NCBI GenBank assembly: GCA_041662045.1
Contig: JBAZTI010000003.1
Span: 1 to 42,034, forward strand
Origin: Candidatus Micrarchaeia archaeon
Lineage (GTDB): Archaea > Micrarchaeota > Micrarchaeia > Anstonellales > Anstonellaceae
Length of the DNA stretch: 42,034 nucleotides
Direction: 5' to 3'
Positions 35,309 to 42,034 of the stretch are shown in pieces. Within the stretch, counting starts at the first letter, position 1. Each line of letters starts with the position of its first letter. The notes below the pieces were generated by a model, which worked only from the letters and a program-made list of their open reading frames with translations, made no database searches and was not told where the DNA came from. The translations under genes and the position numbers were made by a program.

Positions 35309-36788
35309 ATGGCGGCCGGAAAAACAGCTTTTGCTTCGCTTGTATTCATTTCCCTCATGCTTCCCGCCGCCTTTTGCGCCTGGAGCCAGGCGCTTGACGT
35401 TTTCGTGGCAGACTCAAACGGCCTGCCTGTGCAGGGCGCGAGCATCAGGATAACCTACCAGAAGGCTAGCGGCACCGCAGGCAACGACGGGCTTGTAGAG
35501 GGGAAAACAGGGGAGGACGGGAAATACTACGCGGGCCTTGAAAACACCGTGCCGGAGGGGCTTGAGGACAGGGCGATAAGCGTGGAGGCGCGCGCATACG
35601 GCTGGCTGGAGGAGAAGCAGGCATTGGCTGATGGCAGCGGGCAGGCCGCGGTGGTGGCGTTTGCCGCGCCGTTTGAGCTTTCGAAGGCCACAATAACCGT
35701 GCTCCAGGCAAGCGGGCTGCCGGCAATCGGCGCCTCGGTGTACATAAGCGGAAGCGAGGTGAAGCTGGCCACGGATTACATGGGAAAAGCGGCAGTTTAC
35801 GCGCCTTCGGGGCTTGAGCTGTCGGGCTTTGTCTCGTATGGGGGCGAAGGGGAGTACTTTTCAGCGGCAGCAGGCAGCGGCAGGGAAATCACGGTAACCC
35901 TCCCTGCAGGGGGGGATGCCGGGTCTGGCGGCACCGTGCTTTCGGTGACATTCATAGCTCCTGACAAGTCGGCGCTTGCAGGGGAAAAGGCGGTATTCAC
36001 GTTCGAAGGCAGGAACGTTTCCGCATACACGGACGCAGGAGGGGTGGCGTCAGTTGAAATCCGGGAAAGCGGTCCTGTGCTTGCAAGCGTGAGGAAGAAC
36101 GACCATGACTACGAGTTCTCATTCAACGTGACTGGACGGCAGCCCGAAAAGCGAAACCGCGGCGCTTGCCCCGCTCCTCAAGATAGACTATTTCGAGTCA
36201 AGCCCCGAGGGAAACGGGTGCTACCAGCTCGCGGCAAAGGTGAGCGACCCGAGGGCGAACAGGCCGATAACGGTTCGGATGATGCAGGTGAACAGCGACA
36301 GCGTGCCTGTGGGCGAGATAAAGGTGTCGGTGGACGAAAACGGGGTCTATGCCGGAAGGGTGTGCGTCAGGGAGGACGCGCTGGTGAGGGTGGTGGCGTC
36401 AAACGCCTATGAGACCACGGAGAAGGCGTTTTCGCTTGCCGCGTCAGTCAAGCCGCCGCCCCAGCCCGAGCCTGGCGAGCCTGAGCCCCAGCCGGTTGCG
36501 CCTGAGCCTTCGGTTCCGGCCCAGCCTGCAAGGGCAGTCACGCTTGAGGAAACGCTGGGCACGCTTGCCGCAGCGGCGGTGATGGTTGCGCTGGTGGCAG
36601 GGATAGGGATTGTCTTCCTTGGCAGGCACAACCCCCAGGCTGCAGGAGGGATGCTGAAGGCGGCAGGCCAGATGCAGGAGCTTTTCATGAGAAGCATAGC
36701 GCGCCCGATACTGGAGTACCTCAGGTCGGTCTTCAAGAAAAAGGAGCCGCCGCAGCAGACTTTCGGGCAGCAGCAAAAGGGGCAATGA
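35309..36788 (+). CDS. Secreted protein with carboxypeptidase-regulatory-like beta-sandwich repeats, a Pro/Glu linker and a C-terminal TM anchor; apparent 1-nt frameshift near 36131
   Basis: The signal peptide MAAGKTAFASLVFISLMLPAAFCAWS and repeats lie in frame 1 up to ..YEFSFNV. A credible continuation (LDGSPKSETAALAPLLKIDYFESSP...PPPQPEPGEPEPQP...TM) lies in the frame of ORF 36240..36788. The frame-1 continuation is Arg/Gly-rich nonsense. Confidence 0.6.
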
Positions 36789-36833
36789 CCGGTTCTTTCC
36801 ACTTGAGCCGGCTGAAATGAGTCTGGCGCGCCA

Positions 36834-37083
36834 TTATTTGAGCCGAATCGCATCAAGGTTCATCGGGGCTCGCGAGTCGATGCGCAACGCTAGTTGCGCA
36901 GATTTTCAGCCTCAGCTGAAAAGACGAGCGGGCTCTACTTGAGCCTGATGGCATCCAAATTCATGGGTGCGCGCGAGTCGACGGACAACCGCAGTTGGAC
37001 GGATTTTCAGCGCAGCTGAAAACAAGAGCGCCATCCTATTTCAGCCTGATAGCATCAAGATTCATTGGCGCTCTTGAATCGAT
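36834..37083 (-). repeat. Tandem array (period 101 nt, 3 copies) of the aCPSF1 3' coding tail plus a hairpin-bearing spacer
   Basis: Tails at 37036-37083 (in the gene), 36935-36982 and 36834-36881. Spacers of 53 nt each hold TTTTCAGC-N3/4-GCTGAAAA (37004-37022, 36903-36922) and a CAAC-N4-GTTG stem (36882-36899 is perfect). Confidence 0.95.
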
Positions 37084-38973
37084 GTGGAACATCTTGGAGA
37101 TGGTGCGCGACAGGTCCTCGCACTTTGCCTCGTCCCCGTGCAGCGTGAATACGCGCTCGGGCTTGGGGTGCATGTTCTTGAGGAGCGAGAGCAGCTGCTG
37201 CCTGTCGGAGTGGCCTGAATAGCCCTCCACAGTCTCTATCTGCATGTTTATCTTGAGGGATGCCGCGCGGCCGTCCTCGCCTATGGTGGGCACTTCCTTC
37301 ATGCCGCGCTGTATCTTCCGCCCGAGCGACAAGGCTGACTGGTAGCCCACGAAGAACATGGCGTTTTTCGGGTCGTCGGCCATGAGCCGCAGGTATTCGA
37401 CGGAGGGCCCGCCTGAAAGCATGCCCGAGGGCGCGATTATGATTGCAGGCCCGCCGTCCGCGATTTCCTGCCTGTCCTTCTTCACAGGCTCGAATATGCG
37501 CGACTCGAAGGGCGAGTCGTTGGAGAGTATGCGCCGCTGTATGTTGTGGCGCAGGTACTCGGGGTACGCGGTGTGTATTGCAGACGCCTCGAGAATCATG
37601 CCGTCTATGTAGACAGGGTAGTTGAAGTCCTTGTTGCGGCTGGCGTATTCCTCAAGCACCAGCATGATTTCCTGCGAGCGGCCCACCGCGAATGTCGGGA
37701 TGAGCACTTTCCCCCCCCTCTGGCAGACCGAGAGCGCAAGGTCCACGAGCTTCTTGTCGGACTCGAACCTGTTGGGCTGGACGTCGTTCCTGCCGCCGTA
37801 CGTGCTGTCTATGAAAAGGGTCTCCACGCGCGGGAAGTTGGAGTTCGCCTGGTCGAACAGGCGGGTGAAGCCGTACTTTATGTCCCCCGAGAAGACAAGG
37901 TTGTGCAGGCCCTCGCCCACGTGCAGGTGCACCATGGAGCTGCCAAGTATGTGCCCTGCGTTGTAGAAGGTGAGCTTGACCTCGGGCGTGATGTCGATGA
38001 CCTCGTTGTAGCCCACGGTAACCATGTGCGCAAGCTCCTTCTGTATGTCCTTTATGCCGTACGGGACCGCGTACTGGGAGTTCTTGCTTGCAATGGAGAC
38101 GAAGTCCATCTGGAGCAGCATTGCAAGGTCGCGGGTCGGCGGGGTGCAGTAGACAGGCCCGTCGTAGCCGTATGCGAAGAGATAGGGTATGAAGCCGCAG
38201 TGGTCCATGTGCGCGTGCGTGAGCACCACGGCGTCTATCTGGGAAAGCTCGAGCTTCATCTCGTTGAGGTACGGGTATGCCTTGGAAGGCTCGAACGTCT
38301 CGGGGTTTATGCCGCAGTCCACAAGCACGTTGCTGTTGGGCGTCTGGATGAGCGCGGAGCTCCTGCCCACCTCGTAAAAGCCGCCAAGCGCGGTCACCTT
38401 CACCCAGTCGCTTTTCGTGGGGAGCGGGGAGCATATCTTCTTGCCCAATGACTGCAGGAACTTCTTGCGGTTGCCCGCCTCCTTGAGCATGGTGGCGCGC
38501 ACGCCCTTTATGGTGGACGAAGGCATTGTCGGGGTGCGCTGCACCACGGGCGCCCAGCGCGTCTTCTGTATTATCGCCTTGAGGGTGGTGCCGCCCTTGC
38601 CTATCACCAGCCCTGGCTTGAGCGCCTCGATGTTCACTTCCGAGAAGTCCGGGTTGAAGCGGATGTCCGACACCCCCGCGTCCTCGGGGATGGACTCCTT
38701 TATTATTGCAAGCGCCTCCTCGGCGGGGAGGAGCGCGGACGGGTCGCTTTTCACAAGAATCCGCTTGCGTATGGTGCCGGCAATCTTGCGGATGAGCTGG
38801 TCGTTCTCGTAGAAGGAGACGATGTCCTTGACATACACCACTATGTCAAGCCCCTCGGCATCCACCTTGACCAGCTTGCATTCGCTCGGCACGAGTTCCT
38901 CTATCTTCTTCTCTATTTCCTTGAAATCCAAATCGTCGCCTTCGTAAGCTGCTGTTTCAGAGGCACCAGTCAC
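37036..38973 (-). CDS. aCPSF1/FttA: KH-domain beta-CASP metallo-beta-lactamase ribonuclease (archaeal transcription termination factor)
   Basis: Two N-terminal KH domains (VIGKGGTTLKAI), an MBL motif HAHMDHCG, beta-CASP and RMMBL regions, 645 aa. ATGA-type overlap with the psmB stop. Confidence 0.93.
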   Translation of the reverse strand: MTGASETAAYEGDDLDFKEIEKKIEELVPSECKLVKVDAEGLDIVVYVKDIVSFYENDQLIRKIAGTIRKRILVKSDPSALLPAEEALAIIKESIPEDAGVSDIRFNPDFSEVNIEALKPGLVIGKGGTTLKAIIQKTRWAPVVQRTPTMPSSTIKGVRATMLKEAGNRKKFLQSLGKKICSPLPTKSDWVKVTALGGFYEVGRSSALIQTPNSNVLVDCGINPETFEPSKAYPYLNEMKLELSQIDAVVLTHAHMDHCGFIPYLFAYGYDGPVYCTPPTRDLAMLLQMDFVSIASKNSQYAVPYGIKDIQKELAHMVTVGYNEVIDITPEVKLTFYNAGHILGSSMVHLHVGEGLHNLVFSGDIKYGFTRLFDQANSNFPRVETLFIDSTYGGRNDVQPNRFESDKKLVDLALSVCQRGGKVLIPTFAVGRSQEIMLVLEEYASRNKDFNYPVYIDGMILEASAIHTAYPEYLRHNIQRRILSNDSPFESRIFEPVKKDRQEIADGGPAIIIAPSGMLSGGPSVEYLRLMADDPKNAMFFVGYQSALSLGRKIQRGMKEVPTIGEDGRAASLKINMQIETVEGYSGHSDRQQLLSLLKNMHPKPERVFTLHGDEAKCEDLSRTISKMFHIDSRAPMNLDAIRLK

Positions 38974-39614
38974 TGCAGGAGCTTTTCCACTTCTGCGCGC
39001 TCATACCTTCTGAAGCCCGCCTTGGTTATCGTGACCAGGTCCACGCGCTCGCCCGTTGCGGCGTCGCGCTTCATTGCCGCAGCGACGGCCTTTGCGGCCG
39101 CGCGCGCATTGTCCTTTATGCTGCCGCCTTCCTTGTAAAGCTCCTCAAGGAGCCCGTATGCCACCGGAGAGCCTGAGCCCGTGGAGACGTACTTCTCCTC
39201 GGACAGGCCGCCCAGCGCGTCCAGGCTGTACACCTCGGGCTTGTCCTCGGTCCCGGCAATCACGAGCTGGACGTAGAACGGGTAGAACTTGTAGTTGTGG
39301 AGCACGTTCGAAAGCAGGCTCGCGGCCGCCTTCACCGTGATGTTCTTCCCGTGCTTGAAGCGGTAGAGGCTTGCCTCCGCCTGCATGAGCCGGATGAGCG
39401 CCTGCGCGTCCCCAACGCCACCCGCAATTGTCATGCCGAGGTGGTCGTCAATCTGGTAGACCTTCTGTATGTCCTTGTTGGCTATGAAATACCCCATGGT
39501 GGCGCGCTTGTCCGACGCCAGGATGACGCCGTCAGAGCAGACAACGCCTACCGTGGTGGTGCCGGTCGAAAGCTTCTTTATATCGTCGTTTTGGTCGCGC
39601 GCCATAAGAAACAC
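38970..39614 (-). CDS. psmB: Proteasome subunit beta
   Basis: The propeptide ends in G|TTTVGVVCSDGVILASDKRATMG (Thr1 nucleophile context). An alternative start lies at 39605. Confidence 0.93.
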   Translation of the reverse strand: MFLMARDQNDDIKKLSTGTTTVGVVCSDGVILASDKRATMGYFIANKDIQKVYQIDDHLGMTIAGGVGDAQALIRLMQAEASLYRFKHGKNITVKAAASLLSNVLHNYKFYPFYVQLVIAGTEDKPEVYSLDALGGLSEEKYVSTGSGSPVAYGLLEELYKEGGSIKDNARAAAKAVAAAMKRDAATGERVDLVTITKAGFRRYERAEVEKLLQ

Positions 39615-39863
39615 CTCGATGCCTGTTCGCCCTGCAGATTTCTTCCACTCCTGAAAGTATAAGTTATAGAGACAGAAGAACTGGAACGCAATCGTTAAGC
39701 GGGGAAAGGCTTATATAGCTGTTGCCGGGCGGCAAAGCGGCGGGGCGCACGGCTGGGCAGGCGCATCATGCCGGCCCGAGGCACATGCCCCCTGCGCGCG
39801 CCTACGCCTGGCATCGCGCGCGCCTTGGGCATGCTTTTAATTCCTCACTGCGATTTTGGGAGC

Positions 39864-40442
39864 ATGGCAGGGGAAGATGAAAAGAAAGCGGGGGAAGGGC
39901 TTCCCGGGGAAAAGGGAGAGGAAGCCCCAGAAGAGCCGCTTGAGGGCAAGGAAGAGCCTGAAGAGGAGAGGAAAATCGCCTCGCGCGGCATACCCTCAAA
40001 GGATTCGCTGTTCCTGCCGCCTTTCAACTCCCCCGAGCTCCGCTCCTTCCAGGACGGCAACGAGAACATCACAAGGAACGCTTGGAACCTTGAGGAAGTG
40101 GTGAACTTCGTGTTCCCCAAGCGCTACCAGGCAAAGTACCATGAGATTGCGATAGGCTTCATGGGGCTCCTGCTTGAGAGAAGCGCGCTTTCAGGGGACG
40201 AGATCGGGAACTTTGTCTCGCAGAACGGAATCTCGAAGGCGACATTCTACAACCGCGTGCTGCCGCGCCTGAGGCGCGTGGGCATGATAAAGGTGGAAAG
40301 GCAGACAATAATCGCGCTTGAGAACAAGAGGAAGTTCCGCCCAATGGCAATCACGCTTTCGAAGACGTTCGGCAATTACCTGACAAAGATTGGCGACTCG
40401 TGGCTTGCCATCGTGGATGACAGCCGGTCGAAGAAAAAGTAG
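39864..40442 (+). CDS. Hypothetical protein: acidic N-terminal region plus a winged-helix-like C-terminal domain
   Basis: Start is placed at MAGEDEKK, ~27 nt downstream of CTTTTAATT. The C-terminal LSGDEIGNFVSQNGISKATFYNRVLPRLRRVGMIKV resembles wHTH regulators. Confidence 0.5.
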   Translation: MAGEDEKKAGEGLPGEKGEEAPEEPLEGKEEPEEERKIASRGIPSKDSLFLPPFNSPELRSFQDGNENITRNAWNLEEVVNFVFPKRYQAKYHEIAIGFMGLLLERSALSGDEIGNFVSQNGISKATFYNRVLPRLRRVGMIKVERQTIIALENKRKFRPMAITLSKTFGNYLTKIGDSWLAIVDDSRSKKK

Positions 40443-41267
40443 CTACTCCTGCTCGTTGACGTCGTAGAAAATCGTCTCGCCCGGGTGCACGCGTATGCCC
40501 TCGCCCTCCACAAATTCGTAGGGGCAGAGCTTTTCCGAGTGCTTGCAGCCGCGCATCTTCAGGATCTCAATGGCGCGGTACCTGCCTGACTGGTAGCGCG
40601 GGTGGTGGAGGAGTATCACGCCGTCCGACAGGTACTCCATGCCCGTAGTTATCCTCATTTTCTCGGTGTTTATGCCCTCGCCCGAAAGCAGCGTGGTGCA
40701 CTTCCACTTGCGCAGCAGCTCGAAAAGCAGCAATTCGGCCTCGCGCGCCTGGTAGAGCGACTCGAAAAGCATTGCATAGGAGGTCAGGGAGTCTATTGCC
40801 AAGCGCTTGGCGCCAATCGATGAGATGGTGTCCCAGATGAGCCCGCCGCCCTCGTCCACCAGCTTTTTCACCTCGTGGGGGCGGTAGTTGATGGAGGTGA
40901 AGAGCCCCTCCTTTTCAAGCCCTGCAAAGTCAAAGCCGTACCTGCCCATGTGCTTTATTATCGAGGTGCTCGGCTCCTCGAAGGAAAGCAGCACGGATGG
41001 CTCGCCATATGCAGCCGCGCCGTTGTGCAGGAACTGGGCGAGGAATGTTGTTTTCCCGCAGCCGGCATCGCCCATCACGAGCGTGGTGCTTTCCTTCTCA
41101 AACCCGCCGTTTATGAGCTCGTCAAGCCCGGAAATGCCCGATGGCGTCCTGTCTGGCGGCGTGCGCTGCCTTGCAGGCGCCGGCGCTGCCTGCGGCTGCC
41201 TAGCCGCTGCGGGCAAAGCCTGCGCTCCTGGGGCTTGGCGCGAAGAAGTGGCTGCCATGGATGGCAT
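40443..41267 (-). CDS. KaiC/RecA-superfamily ATPase (single domain) with an Ala/Pro/Gln-rich N-terminal tail
   Basis: SGISGLDELINGGFEKESTTLVMGDAGCGKTTF (canonical Walker A), Walker B-like KRLAIDSL, KaiC-like C-terminus. Start is ATG 41267 or 41258; the track ORF start at 41348 runs through the promoter. Confidence 0.75.
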   Translation of the reverse strand: MPSMAATSSRQAPGAQALPAAARQPQAAPAPARQRTPPDRTPSGISGLDELINGGFEKESTTLVMGDAGCGKTTFLAQFLHNGAAAYGEPSVLLSFEEPSTSIIKHMGRYGFDFAGLEKEGLFTSINYRPHEVKKLVDEGGGLIWDTISSIGAKRLAIDSLTSYAMLFESLYQAREAELLLFELLRKWKCTTLLSGEGINTEKMRITTGMEYLSDGVILLHHPRYQSGRYRAIEILKMRGCKHSEKLCPYEFVEGEGIRVHPGETIFYDVNEQE

Positions 41268-41277
41268 TCTCTCAGAA

Positions 41278-41288
41278 CTTTTATAAAG
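41278..41288. promoter_or_regulatory. Near-palindromic TATA element shared by the two divergent KaiC-like genes
   Basis: CTTTTATAAAG (reverse complement CTTTATAAAAG) lies 11-20 nt from the minus-strand ATGs and ~44 nt from the plus-strand ATG at 41332. Confidence 0.5.
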
Positions 41289-41331
41289 ATGCACAACAAG
41301 TACTTCACGACTGAAAATCCGAGTGGTCCCC

Positions 41332-42033
41332 ATGCCCTTGCCAGACATCTACCCGACCGGCATAAAAAGCCTGGACAAGGTGCTCGGCGGCGGCATGCCC
41401 CCCGCGGGAAACGTGCTTCTTTACGGCGACCCCCTGTGCGGGAAAAAGCCATTGATGATGCAGTTCATCTACGAAGGGCTGAGGATGAACATCCCCGGGA
41501 TTTTCGTGCTGACTGACTTCGGGTTTGAGGACTGGAGGGCGATGATGGCGCAGTCCGGCTGGGACATTTCGGAGTTCGAGGGCAACGGGCTTTTGCAGGT
41601 GGTGGACTGCTACTCCAAGCAGTACAACCCGAAGCTTGAGGACGAGGGCATTGTGGCATATGTGGACGGCTCGTCCGACCTGTCGGCCATTTCCATGCAG
41701 CTCTCAGGCCTGCAGGAGCAGATTGCGAAGATTGCGGACAACCACAGGCTTGGCTTCCACACGCTGTCCTCGCTCCTTGAGACCAACCAGCCTGAAAGCG
41801 TGTTCCGATTCATGCAGTTCACCACGGGCAAGTTCCGCCGCATGGGCGCGAATGCCATGTACGTGGTGGAGAAGGGCATGCATGACGAGAAGCACGTCAA
41901 GATGATAGAGCACCTCATGGACGGAGTCATCGAGTTCAACGAGGACAAGCTGCACGTGAGGGGCATGATGGGCGCATCGCCCTACTGGCACAACTACGAG
42001 GTGCGGCAGGACGGGATAAAAGTGAAGGTGTGA
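41332..42033 (+). CDS. KaiC/ArlH-like RecA-superfamily protein with a degenerate Walker A
   Basis: TGIKSLDKVLGGGMPPAGNVLLYGDPLCGKKPL: the P-loop reads GxxxxGKK rather than GK[ST]. About 233 aa. TGA at 42031-42033. Confidence 0.7.
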   Translation: MPLPDIYPTGIKSLDKVLGGGMPPAGNVLLYGDPLCGKKPLMMQFIYEGLRMNIPGIFVLTDFGFEDWRAMMAQSGWDISEFEGNGLLQVVDCYSKQYNPKLEDEGIVAYVDGSSDLSAISMQLSGLQEQIAKIADNHRLGFHTLSSLLETNQPESVFRFMQFTTGKFRRMGANAMYVVEKGMHDEKHVKMIEHLMDGVIEFNEDKLHVRGMMGASPYWHNYEVRQDGIKVKV

Positions 42034-42034
42034 G

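Noticed and set aside
36806-36822. Inverted partial copy of the aCPSF1 tail end: CGG CTG AAA TGA on the plus strand, next to CGGCTCAAGTGG on the minus strand.
   Set aside because: Only ~10-12 nt, with no extension into the rest of the tail. It may simply be part of an imperfect palindrome at the convergent gene junction.
36834-37083. Diversity-generating retroelement (TR/VR pair at a gene's 3' end) as the explanation for the aCPSF1 tail copies.
   Set aside because: Differences are not confined to adenine positions, the encoded peptide is invariant rather than diversified, and no reverse transcriptase gene is in the window.
36834-37083. CRISPR-like array (regular 101-nt period, hairpin-containing units).
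   Set aside because: There are only three units. The 'repeats' are diverged coding tails rather than identical repeats, the 'spacers' are homologous to each other, and no cas genes are present.
1549-38451. Many long ORFs in the track that lie antisense to or out of frame with the called genes. Examples: 1549..2271-, 2487..3395-, 4855..5559+, 5842..6501+, 7739..8758+, 17246..18184-, 17659..18801+, 19947..21056+, 27063..28154+, 29042..29980-, 37546..38451+.
   Set aside because: Their translations are Arg/Ala/Gly/His/Pro-rich with no motifs. This is typical of stop-poor alternative frames in GC-rich DNA. Each is fully overlapped by a gene with clear family signatures.
39768-39863. Upstream ATG at 39768 as the start of the wHTH-like gene (track ORF 39768..40442).
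   Set aside because: The extra 32 aa (MPARGTCPLRAPTPGIARALGMLLIPHCDFGS) look like translated GC-rich intergenic DNA. A TATA-like CTTTTAATT sits ~27 nt upstream of the ATG at 39864, matching the leaderless pattern seen elsewhere. A TATA-like GGCTTATATAGC at ~39708 keeps the longer form possible.

Overview
GC-rich archaeal chromosomal segment, judged from gene content. It carries the two-subunit D-family DNA polymerase, topoisomerase VI A/B, aCPSF1/FttA next to the proteasome beta subunit, an aDim2-like KH protein, class-III-signal-peptide pilin machinery, intron-containing tRNAs, and TATA boxes about 25-30 nt upstream of mostly leaderless ATGs. Coding density is high. I called about 45 protein genes: a type IV pilus-like locus, a minus-strand block of CBS, transglutaminase-like and membrane proteins, replication and topology genes, nth, argS, a HicBA pair, a LOG/M29/isochorismatase-like trio, a PadR plus MacB-type ABC operon, and KaiC-like ATPases. 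There are three tRNAs: Pro-CGG, plus Arg-TCT and Leu-CAG, each with an intron of about 80 nt. I found no rRNA, CRISPR array, transposase or integrase. The most unusual signal is not a gene. At several unrelated loci the last 30-50 nt of a gene, stop codon or tRNA 3' end included, is repeated just downstream, usually with a related family of short GC hairpins. The loci are aCPSF1 (3 copies), PolD large subunit, a secreted CARDB-like protein, tRNA-Arg and tRNA-Leu. The three aCPSF1 tails encode the same peptide but differ at nearly every synonymous site. That rules out simple in-place drift of a neutral duplication. It points to serial replacement or integration at gene 3' ends, or to some undescribed 3'-end mechanism. 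Three genes, including the normally indispensable top6B, carry single-base frameshifts. These may be sequencing errors, so read-level verification is needed before any biological interpretation. All calls rest on reading the sequence and ORF translations by eye; no database search was possible.
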